Source of the DNA: Octopus bimaculoides
Taxonomy: Eukaryota
Direction: 5' to 3'
NCBI RefSeq assembly: GCF_001194135.2
Contig: NC_068981.1
Location: 171,482,489-171,529,916 of the forward strand
Length of the DNA: 47,428 bases
Shown piece by piece: positions 23,805 to 35,045 of this stretch. A model generated the notes under the pieces. It worked only from the letters and a program-made list of their open reading frames with translations, had not been told where the DNA came from and did not search any database. How positions within the stretch are numbered: position 1 is the first letter of the stretch; each line of letters opens with the position of its first letter. Position numbers and translations under genes: made by a program.

Positions 23805-24425
23805 AATTTGTACTCTACAAAAGTATACGAAACTTGAATCCTTAAATCTTCGGTAGTAGTTTTGAAAGGGAGGTCAAGTTTCAATTTAATCTGTTTCTCA
23901 CACATTCTCAGCTACCTCTGGAAACTATTTTAACATCTCAGGATGGGAGACATTCTTCTAGTGGACTTATTACAGAGGTTCATTTCTAATTTATTTTTTT
24001 GAAAAACATAATATTATGTTTTCACAATTACTTTAACTTTTGTGCTCATATCTAATTTAGCTAATTGCAAGTAATGCCTCATCATCCACTTCTAAAACGC
24101 ATTTGTTTTCCATTAATCATCATTTCTTGAGATTATTCTAAAAATTAATAATGATCCATAATCATCCTCAAGTTAAATAGAATTCCTGTAATTGTTATAT
24201 TTCACGTGAAAACATAGCAGTTATTGTGACATTCTTAATTATTTTATTTGTGTGGTAGTTATTGTAAGAACCTTAATTAACGATTCGCTGCTTCTCATTT
24301 CAGTTAGTGATTGGTGATTCCAATTTCATTTTATTTGTATTGCAGTTATTGTGATAACTTAATTAAAGATTTACTGATTCTCATTTCAGTTATGTGATTT
24401 CTGGTGAGGTAAACCCTCTAAGCGT

Positions 24426-24640
24426 ATCTACTTATTGGGAGCGACTGCTAATGTTGTCAAACGATGCAACCGTTTATTATACGAGCAAGTATTGTGATAT
24501 TTCAGTACCTTATCCCAGAAAAGTAATTCATTGTGACATCTCGAGAAAGTGAATTCTCCTGGAAAAGAGCTCACATTCCAACCAAACATAAGCAACAGTG
24601 TGTCAGCAAACTGAAGAAAGTTTTCGAGGAATCGAAAGGG
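24426..24640 (+). pseudogene. N-terminal fragment of a DNA transposase (possibly hATm-like; family not verified)
   Basis: Frameshifted translation IYLLG...EQVL*YF...WKRAHIPTKHKQQCVSKLKKVFEE resembles the IYL(I/L)G..QVL..F..W.KA.IPT....C..KL.KL..EW N-terminus of a widespread transposase family. Recognised from memory. Confidence 0.45.
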
Positions 24641-24692
24641 GCAAAAATGCACTTTCCAGTGAGTGAGAGTTTTATTGAACGTGAAGGAAATA

Positions 24693-24752
24693 CAGTAATC
24701 CATCGCCATATCGCGGTTCACCTACCGTGCACTCAGTACATCGCGGATTTTT
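24693..24752 (+). mobile_element. Tigger/pogo-like terminal sequence remnant
   Basis: TA|CAGTAATCCATCGCCATATCGCGGTTCAC..ATCGCGGATTTTT is typical of pogo/Tigger-type ends. The partner TIR was not found. Confidence 0.4.
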
Positions 24753-24934
24753 CTGGCTAATATATGTAAATTTATATTGCGGACTTCTGCTAGAAATTCA
24801 TTCTCAGACTTTGGTCATCAGATAATCGATGACACAGTAGACGAGTGACATTGGGAGGCGGTGCAGGGTCCAAGATTCAGCACAATAAAGTAAAGGTGTC
24901 AAAACCACCGACCTGTATACATCAACTTTAACCT

Positions 24935-25270
24935 TCAACGATATGTGGTGGCTGTTCCAAAGCTTATGATAAAGCTTGCCGAAAGTGGAACTAGCCTTCC
25001 CGATTCTAGTCTCAATTTCTTAATCAATCTTAGCATCGTTAGACAGGTGAAGGAGGAAATTGTTTTTAATGCTTCCCCGTCAACATATACAGTAGGGGCA
25101 ACAGCGAGAGGATAGTCATGTATGGGCTGATGGACAGGCTCAGTTTTCTTGATGCTGATGGTCATACCAAAAGCCTTAGATGCACGCGAAAAGTTGCATG
25201 TCCTCAAGAGAGTGTGCTACAAGTTCACAATCGTCTACGAAGAGCAAATCTCGAACTGTTTGCACCAAAG
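24935..25270 (-). pseudogene. RTE-clade LINE reverse transcriptase fragment
   Basis: TVRDLLFVDDCELVAHSLEDMQ (the YADD-equivalent motif), then after a frameshift FSRASKAFGMTISIKKTE..HQP...PTVYVDGEAL, matching RTE RT C-terminal motifs. Confidence 0.85.
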
Positions 25271-25568
25271 TCATATGTACATATATATATATACATACTA
25301 TGACTTATACACTATAATATATATGTATATATACCTATGTACGTATACATGTATAAGCAGCATCAGCGCCAAACGATGAAGAATACACAAGCTTTAGGTT
25401 AGTTAAAATTACCCTAAAGTTCTTTTTTTCTTCATCACTGCTTGGCGTAGATACTGCTATTTTTTATTCTGACCTGGCAGACCAGTAGCGCAACTCAGTC
25501 ACTAATGTTGATTGTTTTTAGTAAAAGCTACGGCTGTCAATCTACCCAGGGTTATCTCTCTTCTGTAT

Positions 25569-25613
25569 TTCCTACTGAGGAAGGCTAAGGAGCCAAAAGA
25601 GCGCGTCTGGGAA
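25569..25613 (+). ncRNA. Degenerate type I hammerhead-like motif (Penelope-type), probably inactive
   Basis: TTCCTA-CTGAGGA-A-GGCT-AAGG-AGCC-AAAA-GAGCGCG-TC-TGGGAA. Stem I, the CUGANGA core and stem II are intact, but G12 is replaced by A and stem III is unpaired. Confidence 0.45.
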
Positions 25614-25773
25614 TTCGTTAGAAGGTAACACTGGGCAGGTATGGTATCGTTACACCTCTTTTGTCATATGAGAGAATTCTTCTCCACGGTAACTGCGGTG
25701 AATTTACCTTTAGAATTTAAAAAATACGTCAGATATATTTTAACTAACTTATAGTTCGTTCATACATGTGTTT

Positions 25774-25816
<43 letters not shown>

Positions 25817-26523
25817 AGAAAGTGAAGGCTATTTAAATGTGTGTCTGTGTGTGCGCGTGCGCAGTTAGACTGAGAAGTGGGATTGAAAAGTGAGACACAG
25901 AACCACAGAAAATTTTGTTGAATGCAGCTACAAGAAACTAATAACTAATTGGAAACTGGACAGACATTTTAAACATTTTTCAGTTCTTTCGACTGCGACA
26001 TCATTTAGACATAATTATTAAGCAAGCCAGAAATGTGTGTAAATTGTTTAATTGGGATACATTTCACTAATGATAATTACCATATTTTGTTGGGCACCGA
26101 CAAGAGAATAGATATAAAGTTGGAACTCGTTTCATTAGTTTAACTATTTATCCCACTTTTTAGTTCTCATGCTCGAATTAAAGGAGATGTTAAAGGTCGT
26201 TTCGTCTAATATATTTTATAGAAGTTGATGTTTATAGAACAAGATTTATAGAATTAGAGCCAACACGTCCACTCTGACGCTGCGAACTACAAATTATATT
26301 TTATTATCGACACAAAACAGAAACGAAAGAAGCATTCCTGCTCATTATCAGTTTTGTCAGATTAATTGTATAAAACGTAGTAAAAAAATTTTTTTTGATA
26401 AAGTACCAGATTGTGTTTGAAGTAATCCGAAATGTATGAATAAATACGTTTTTCTTTTAATTCTTTTTTTCAGAGTGTCGACGTACAGACACATACACAC
26501 ATGTACACGCACGCACACACATA

Positions 26524-26568
<45 letters not shown>

Positions 26569-26792
26569 CTTAGTCATATCAATAACCTGGTGTTAGAACT
26601 CAATGTACATATGCTTCAGATCGAATCGTCAGTCAAGTACAGAGCGGTAATGAAAAGTTTGCGATGCCAAACAAATAAACAATTATATTAAAAACTTCGT
26701 TGTCTTACAGATGTTTCTGCTATAAGATGCAATGCGTTCATAGTTGAGTGCTTGAGTATCACCCTATAGCTTCGTCAGAGCTTCAAACATGA

Positions 26793-27000
26793 GCGGCGAG
26801 CTGGCAAAATCTTTAGCACGCTGGATGAAATGCTTAGTGGCATTTGGCCGTCGCTATGTTCTGAGTTCAAATTCCGACGTGGTCGACTTTGCCTTTCATT
26901 TTTTCGGGGTCGATAGATTAAGTACCAGTTGTGCACTGGAGTCGATTTAATCGACTGGCCCCCTCCCTAAACGTTTCGCGCCTTGTACCTAGAGTAGAAG
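26793..27000 (+). mobile_element. SINE family A, near full length
   Basis: GCGGCGAGCTGGCAAAATCTTTAGCACG..GTTCTGAGTTCAAATTCCG..GTCGACTTTGCCTTTCA..CCTTGTACCTAGAGTAGAAG. Confidence 0.9.
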
Positions 27001-27130
27001 AAAAAATGAAGAACATGAAGTCCAAATTTTCACTTCATGTTTGTTGTTATTGTTGTTGTTGTTGATAATGATGATGATGATGATGTGCAGGAGGAGGAGG
27101 AGAGGGAAGAGAAGGAGGATTTTGCTTTAG

Positions 27131-27335
27131 TTGTTGTTGTTGTTTACCCCAGGTCAGCCTCAGCTGGGAAGAGCATTTCATCAAAGCTGTTCTAGTTATA
27201 AACCTGGCACTTCTTGTTTAGAGTAAATACAATTACATTTACTAATGAATGCATCTCTCTCATTTTCATGACTTTGGAATATAATTAGACAGAGATTTTG
27301 GCTGCTATTTCTTGCATATAGAGTAACCATGCTGT
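27131..27335. mobile_element. Old interspersed repeat family D (GTT-tailed), diverged copy
   Basis: GTTGTTGTTTACCCCAGGTCAGCC..AGATTTTGGCTGCTATTTCT. The same motifs recur at ~42585-42790, 45070-45215, 45640-45670, 46065-46175 and, inverted, at ~27890-28070 and 44820-44945. Confidence 0.45.
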
Positions 27336-27557
27336 TTTCCTTTTTATTTCGTTGACACTAAAATTCAACACGAATAGTCAAATAAATCTATAGCATAATT
27401 CCAAGTAAGATCTGAAACGTTGAATATTCCTTCTTTGTGGAGAGGAAAACTTTTAACGCTTCTGGCAGACATTTTGGCCACACTTCTCTCTCTCTCTAAC
27501 TCACTCATTCACTTTCTTTCGCTCTCTCTTTCACTAATTTCTCTCCCCTTTTTCTCC

Positions 27558-27668
<111 letters not shown>

Positions 27669-28445
27669 ATCTTAATAAATTGACTTATGATGATACAGCA
27701 AAAACACATCTGGAATTCTTCTGAAAATATTTGAATTCGAAAAAATACGTAAGACTCCAACAGAAAAGCATTACATCGAATTTTCTCTCTCCTGGCTATT
27801 CATCATAACAACAATAAACCCAAATAATCGGCCCTGCTTTTTGTAAGAAGACCAATGCTTCCGGGACACAGTCACCGAATGTGCTCGAACCAGCGTACTG
27901 CTATGTGATTGCGCTAGTCGCGAGAAGTAGCTGTTAAATCTCCCTCAAAAGTGGTCCTATATAAATCATGCCTGAAATGCAAATGAGATGATCATAGCTA
28001 CAAAACCGTTCATTATAGTCTGTTCTGCAATAGAACCTAACCGAGGACCAAACATAAACGCCAACTGATATGGAATATGAAACATGGAGTAAATCGCAAG
28101 GCATTACAAGAGCCAGGAAAGACCGTCTATAATTGGTTGCAATTCTACGTTAGGCAACGAATTACAATGAAATATTTTCCCATGTTATTCATTAGGGAAA
28201 CGTAACATGCCTGTCCCTGCGCAGCTGGGTTTTGAAGCGGATTGATTAAAGTTGATCGGGCTTCTTCTTGATGTTTTGTTTTTGTGCAGCAAACATATTT
28301 AGTATGATTTCTGCAATACCTTATAAATGCAGTACATACATAGCTGATTTAAAAACAAATTAATGCTGCCATAATGAAAACATCTGTCATCTAAGGTACC
28401 TTCTTGTGCCACAAACAAGCAGGTTTTTGCTCGCTTTGAAAATGT

Positions 28446-28511
<66 letters not shown>

Positions 28512-28951
28512 GATGAATGGATGGATGGATGGTTGGATGGATGGATGNNNNNNNNNNNNNNNNNNNNNNNNNNNNNNNNNNNNNNNNNNNNNNNNNNNNN
28601 NNNNNNNNNNNNNNNNNNNNNNNNNNNNNNNNNNNNNNNNNNNNNNNNNNNNNNNNNNNNNNNNNNNNNNNNNNNNNNNNNNNNNNNNNNNNNNNNNNNN
28701 NNNNNNNNNNNNNNNNNNNNNNNNNNNNNNNNNNNNNNNNNNNNNNNNNNNNNNNNNNNNNNNNNNNNNNNNNNNNNNNNNNNNNNNNNNNNNNNNNNNN
28801 NNNNNNNNNNNNNNNNNNNNNNNNNNNNNNNNNNNNNNNNNNNNNNNNNNNNNNNNNNNNNNNNNNNNNNNNNNNNNNNNNNNNNNNNNNNNNNNNNNNN
28901 NNNNNNNNNNNNNNNNNNNNNNNNNNNNNNNNNNNNNNNNNNNNNNNNNAA

Positions 28952-29040
28952 ACACTTGAAGGAGCTGTACCCCAGTATGGCCGCAATCCAATGACTGAAA
29001 GAAATATAAGAATAAAAGACGAAAGAATACAACGGGTCAA
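28952..29040 (+). mobile_element. SINE family B, 3' end emerging from gap
   Basis: CCCAGTATGGCCGCAATCCAATGACTGAAAGAAATATAAGAATAAAAG. Confidence 0.65.
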
Positions 29041-29048
29041 GAGTTATT

Positions 29049-29112
29049 TCGTTGTTGCTGTTGCTGTTGCTGTTGTTGTTGTTGTTGTTGCTATTGCTGC
29101 TGCTGCTGCTGC

Positions 29113-29155
<43 letters not shown>

Positions 29156-29190
29156 ATTGCTGCTGCTGTTGTTGTTGTTGTTGTTGTTGT
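29049..29190. repeat. Mixed (GTT)/(GCT) trinucleotide repeat
   Basis: Direct reading; it is the source of the spurious poly-L/V/N ORFs. Confidence 0.95.
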
Positions 29191-29747
29191 TTATTTCCAT
29201 TTTTAAACAGCTTCGAAAAATACGTCTGAAGATTGTGAACACGCCACACCATAAAGTGTACCACGAAGCGCTTCTAGCTCATAACCATTATAATCAATCT
29301 AAGCATTGTTTATAATGACCATAGTATATCTATACTTCTTCGTATATCTATTCCTGTTCTATTTCAGTGAGTTGAGCGTTATATAATCTTCATGGCATAG
29401 CTTTTCATTGCGTTCTTCATACACTAGATTCAAAACTGGTTTTCTCTTTTCTGTATTAAACGAAATCTTTTACTGTCTTCCACGGGTTCTTGCATGAAAC
29501 CAATTTTGTTGGTACTGTACAGTTTAAATAGTCTGTCATTGAATCGAAATTTGCGGCTTATGAATATTTTATTTACTTTGTCTTAATAAATAGAATTTCT
29601 GTAGACAGTTAATTTTGTATTATACGAAGATAATACTTATTGGTGATGTGTCAGTTTTGCTGACAACTGTACTTAGAATTTCTGGATATTGCTAAAGTGT
29701 AATTGTAGATGAACGTGTGGAAATATTGATTTGTTTTGATTAGACAC

Positions 29748-29965
29748 AGATCAAATTTTGGCGGCTGGTGGGGAGGGGATGAGTGTATAGACGATCGATA
29801 TTCTGTGGTATACTAATATACCATAGTATATTATGCATTTTTGTATTGCTTTTACTTTATTTTCATTTTTATTTCTTATTTTTATTGGCAAGGATGAAAT
29901 TTGACATCTGTGGATTTTGAACTCCGAGCTTAAAGAATGAGTATAAATAGTAAAAAAAAGCATTT
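29748..29965 (-). mobile_element. SINE family A, heavily decayed
   Basis: TCAAATTTTGGCGGCTGG..GATGAAA..ATTTTGAACTCCGAGC..AAAAAAGCATTT..CTAGCGTT. Confidence 0.45.
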
Positions 29966-30997
29966 AGTCTAGCGTTTTACATTTTCTGAAATTTTGCCAA
30001 TATTGAATTTTCCTTTGCTTTTTTTTATTTTATTTTTATTCGTATTTGTATGATAGAAGACTAAGACTTTCTAGATGAAGTCGGTCGATTGGTAAAATCG
30101 TTAGAGCCTCAGATAAACGCCTCGGGGGCGATTGCTGCAGCTCTTTCTGTTTTGAGCAGATTTCGCCGAATCAAATGGTCAGCATTTCGGAAATATATAT
30201 ATATACACACANNNNNNNNNNNNNNNNNNNNNNNNNNNNNNNNNNNNNNNNNNNNNNNNNNNNNNNNNNNNNNNNNNNNNNNNNNNNNNNNNNNNNNNNN
30301 NNNNNNNNNNNNNNNNNNNNNNNNNNNNNNNNNNNNNNNNNNNNNNNNNNNNNNNNNNNNNNNNNNNNNNNNNNNNNNNNNNNNNNNNNNNNNNNNNNNN
30401 NNNNNNNNNNNNNNNNNNNNNNNNNNNNNNNNNNNNNNNNNNNNNNNNNNNNNNNNNNNNNNNNNNNNNNNNNNNNNNNNNNNNNNNNNNNNNNNNNNNN
30501 NNNNNNNNNNNNNNNNNNNNNNNNNNNNNNNNNNNNNNNNNNNNNNNNNNNNNNNNNNNNNNNNNNNNNNNNNNNNNNNNNNNNNNNNNNNNNNNNNNNN
30601 NNNNNNNNNNNNNNNNNNNNNNNNNNNNNNNNNNNNNNNNNNNNNNNNNNNNNNNNNNNNNNNNNNNNNNNNNNNNNNNNNNNNNNNNNNNNNNNNNNNN
30701 NNNNNNNNNNNNNNNNNNNNNNNNNNNNNNNNNNNNNNNNNNNNNNNNNNNNNNNNNNNNNNNNNNNNNNNNNNNNNNNNNNNNNNNNNNNNNNNNNNNN
30801 NNNNNNNNNNNNNNNNNNNNNNNNNNNNNNNNNNNNNNNNNNNNNNNNNNNNNNNNNNNNNNNNNNNNNNNNNNNNNNNNNNNNNNNNNNNNNNNNNNNN
30901 NNNNNNNNNNNNNNNNNNNNNNNNNNNNNNNNNNNNNNNNNNNNNNNNNNNNNNNNNNNNNNNNNNNNNNNNNNNNNNNNNNNNNNNNNNNNNNNNN

Positions 30998-31046
<49 letters not shown>

Positions 31047-31859
31047 GCCTCTCTCCACCCCTTTCATTTCGTTCACCAAGACCTGTACTGTGTGAAGGTC
31101 TTAATGGACCACCAATTTTGTTCCTTACCTTTAATAAACATTTGTGAAAAAGGAAATCCTTTAGAAATGTAAACAAAATTAACAAATTCTCTCAGATATC
31201 CCTCTTACATTTATTTTGTCCAAAGCTTCGGAATGGTCATTGTTTGAATACTTTCGAATACCTTTGATCATAGTTCTGCACGATCGAAGCCGACCTTGAG
31301 CAAAACGACTTGTGAGCTTTCATAAGAAATTAATATTTAATTATCTCTGAGTTTGCGGTTATGGACGGATCGGAATACTATATAAACGAAACGTTTTTTT
31401 TTTTTTTGAACTCGTTGAAACCTGAGAGATAGATTTGCTCAAATCAATTCAAATATATGACTGAAACTTATATTATTGACCAAGGAAGAGTTAAAATCGA
31501 AGTCGATTCCAATGAGGTTAAATATAGAAAGGAATTTAGTTAAGTGCTTGTTTGCTAACTCTCCGAAATAAGTGTGTGCGTGGGGGCGTGTGTGTGTCTC
31601 TTTTATTCGTATTCTACCTAGAAGGACGGAACTGGTTTCTAACAAAGAAACAGAAAGCTCCATTTTTTTTATTGTTCCACTTAGAGATTGTATCTGTAAA
31701 ATTCGAGTTAGCTGGTCTCTTTTATTGTTAAAAAAAAGTCCTAGCTTTTTTCCAGAGCGTTGCAAAGACATTTGCTAACATAAATAATGATTAATGGTAT
31801 AAATGTGAATTCGTGTGTATGTAGGAAAGTATGTAGATAGGTACTTATGTATGCATGTA

Positions 31860-32002
31860 GGTATGTATGTATGTATGTATGTAGGTAGGTAGGTAGGTAG
31901 GTAGGTAGGTAGGTAGGTAGGTAGGTAGGTAGGTAGGTATGCATGCATATGTGTGTTATGTATGTATGTATGTATGTATGTATGTATGTATGTATGTATG
32001 TA
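31860..32002. repeat. Compound (GTAT)n/(GTAG)n tetranucleotide repeat
   Basis: Direct reading. Confidence 0.95.
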
Positions 32003-32569
32003 TTGGAATGTAGACAGAAAATCCGATTTTTTTTTTTTTTGTTTTTTTTTGTTTTTTTAAATAGCGCATTGTAGCCCACCAATGTTGATTATGTACAACA
32101 ACCGTGTATTTTATGAAAATAGGAATGGGAAATGAGGCACTTATGTACGTTCCAGGCAGATTGGTAGCAAAAGTGAAATGTTTTCAACCTGAGATTAAAT
32201 ACCCGTCGTTGACTCAGCTGGGTGGGACATTATTAAATCGATTGGCAAATAGTACACATACTGTAAAGGAAATCTTTGTCAATTAAATTAACATTAGCAC
32301 TTACTGCTTAACTGACACTTACATTATCGACCCCATTCAAATGAAAGGTAAAGTTGCCTCATGCGGTTATTTGAGCACAGGACGTAAAGGAGTTTAAACA
32401 AAACACGGCAGAGTGTTTAGTCCGCCTCTCTGCTACTCTTCAGAGATATAAAAATACTATTTTTTTTTTTTATTCGGGTTCACTAGTTATTGTGTTGATC
32501 TACGTCGGTTTCGATCGAGTAGAACAATGATCGGAAGTATTCCAACAATTGCTATCTTGTAGTTTTGAG

Positions 32570-33065
32570 TATCTAGAAATGCATTGTCCAGTGTATTCAT
32601 TAAGAAATCACTTTGGGGTAATATTGGAGGTAACGTCTTCACATTTGATGATTCCATACACTGGCATAAGGTGATAAATTTGAGTAGGAAGTGGTTGGCC
32701 GAAATATTATTTATTATATCGACCCCCAACAAGCTGAAAGGTAAAGTCGACCATGGCGATGATTCGAAAACATATGCATAGACAATTATTATCCTGTATT
32801 TTGATTATCCAGAATTACATTTTCCAATGTATCCATTAAGAAATCGCATTCGAGTAATATTTGCGGAAACGTCTTCACTTTTATGATTCTAAATGCATTC
32901 TTCGTTTCACAAATATTGGGCTTGCCTAAATAAGTGGCTCCATACATTGGTATAAGGCCACAAATTTGAGTAGGAAGTAGTTAACCGAAATATTATTTAT
33001 TATAACGATCCCAACAAGCTGAAAGGCAAAGTCGACAATGGCGATGATTCGAAAACATATGCATG
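32570..33065. repeat. Diverged tandem duplication (units ~32570-32783 and ~32805-33065) that includes a SINE A remnant
   Basis: Shared blocks: TTAAGAAATC..TAATATT..AACGTCTTCAC; AAATTTGAGTAGGAAGT..GAAATATTATTTATTAT; CCAACAAGCTGAAAGG.AAAGTCGAC.ATGGCGATGATTCGAAAACATATGCAT. Confidence 0.8.
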
Positions 33066-33227
33066 GAGGTGTAGTCGCTGATCTGGCAGAGTCAGTAGAG
33101 TGGCAGTCGAAATATTTTGCAGTATTCAATTCGGTTCATTGTGCTCTGCATTCAAATCCCGCCACGATCAACTTTGTTTTTCATCATTTTGAGATCAATA
33201 CATATGGCACCAGTCCACCATAGCAAT

Positions 33228-33362
33228 GAACTGACGAAATCAGAGTATCAGATAGGATGCCTTGCGGCATTTGTTTTAAGTTGAAATGCCTTTGTAGACT
33301 ACATAGTCGACAGACCTAATCCGCAGTCCAGTTTAACACCACAACTTGGATTCTAAGTGCAG
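33228..33362 (+). mobile_element. SINE-head-related repeat; inverted partner at 37058-37195
   Basis: ATAGGATGCCTTGCGGCATTTGTTTTAAGTTGAAATGCC..AGACCTAATCCGC..TTTAACACCAC, roughly 85% identical by eye to the reverse complement of 37058-37172. Confidence 0.65.
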
Positions 33363-33752
33363 GCATTTAAGCCAGACCTCCTGTTTTAGTATACTTTCAT
33401 CTTTCTCCCCTAATCGTCTAGGAGGGTTTGAAAGGGGTCATGACTAAGCAATAAATCGGAAATTCCACAGAGTATTTTAGCTAGCACTACCGATTTTGCC
33501 ATCCACCACTCTTCAGGAACAAGTCAAATTTCTTCATAATATAAAATCCCATTTTTGGAGGAGAGCATAAATGATTATATAAAGCTGCGAAGTGATCGAG
33601 TCATTATAATATTGGATAGACTGCCCGCCCGTATCCTGTCCGGCACTATGTGTCCTAAGTTCAAATACCACCGAGGATGACTTTGCCATTCAATTTCCTG
33701 TTCGATAAATGAAGTATCAAGCCAGGGATCGGTATTCACTTTCATTTCCTTC

Positions 33753-33795
<43 letters not shown>

Positions 33796-34111
33796 NNNNN
33801 NNNNNNNNNNNNNNNNNNNNNNNNNNNNNNNNNNNNNNNNNNNNNNNNNNNNNNNNNNNNNNNNNNNNNNNNNNNNNNNNNNNNNNNNNNNNNNNNNNNN
33901 NNNNNNNNNNNNNNNNNNCCCCTCTCTCTCTCTCTCTCTCTTTTTCTCCCCCTCTCTCTCTCCGTCATTCGTTTACTTGAGGAAATCGTTTGTAGTCAAA
34001 CAGGGGGAAAGGGCTGGGCTCCACTAAGTCTGGGCTCCATTAAGTTGACTTAATCCAATATGGCATGGCATCATGGATAACATCTGAATCTACTAGTTCA
34101 CTAACCTTCAT

Positions 34112-34158
<47 letters not shown>

Positions 34159-34164
34159 TCTTTT

Positions 34165-34393
34165 ATTCTTTTATTTGTTTCAGTCATTTGACTGCGGCCA
34201 TGCTGGAGCACCGTCTTGAAATGGTTTTAGTCGAACAAATCGATCTCGGGATTTATTTCTTAAGCCTAATACTTATTCCGTCGGTTACTTCTGCCGAACC
34301 GCTAGCATACGGTTCCCGTAAGCACACCAATGCTGGTTGTGAAAAGGTGATAAGGGGGTTCAAACACAGACACAAAGATACTCACACACGTAA

Positions 34394-34439
<46 letters not shown>

Positions 34440-34650
34440 CATGTGGTATAATTATAAACAGAGCAAATTTTTAGCCATTTCTCCGCAGACTGAAAAACGA
34501 TGAACAACCTTAATCGATTTTCGAACCCTAGAGGGTTCTTTGGTCGTCCCGGGGCTATAGTAGAAGATATTTGCCCTAGGTACCACGCAGTGGGACTGAA
34601 CCCGGAACCATGTTGATTGGGAAGCAAGCTTCCTACCACTCAGCCACGCC
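34165..34650 (-). mobile_element. SINE family B, rearranged copy with internal (TA)n and a ~95-bp foreign segment
   Basis: TTGTTTCAGTCATTTGACTGCGGCCATGCTGGAGCACCG.. and ..CTATAGTAGAAGA..CCACGCAGTGGGACTGAACCCGGAACCATG. Confidence 0.8.
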
Positions 34651-34678
34651 ATGTATGTGTGTGTGCATATATATATAT

Positions 34679-34977
34679 ACTCTTTACTCTTTTACCGAAC
34701 TGTTAAGTTACGGGGACGTAAACACACCAACGTCGGTTGTCAAGCGATATTGGGTGGGACAAACAGACACACAAACTTATACACACACATACATATACAA
34801 ATATAAACATATACGACGGGTTTCTTTCAGTTTCCGTCTACCAAATCCACTCATAAGGCTTTGGTCGGCCCGAAGCTATAGTAGAAGACACTTGCCCAAG
34901 GTGCCACGCAGTGAGACTGAACCCGGGACCATGTGGTTGGTAAGCAAGCTACTTACCACACAGCCACTCCTGTGCCT
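34679..34977 (-). mobile_element. SINE family B, internally deleted near its 3' end
   Basis: GTTAAGTTACGGGGACGTAAACACACC..TTTCAGTTTCCGTCTACCAAATCCACTCA..GCTACTTACCACACAGCCACTCCTGTGCCT. Confidence 0.9.
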
Positions 34978-35013
34978 ANNNNNNNNNNNNNNNNNNNNNN
35001 NNNNNNNNNNNNN

Positions 35014-35045
<32 letters not shown>

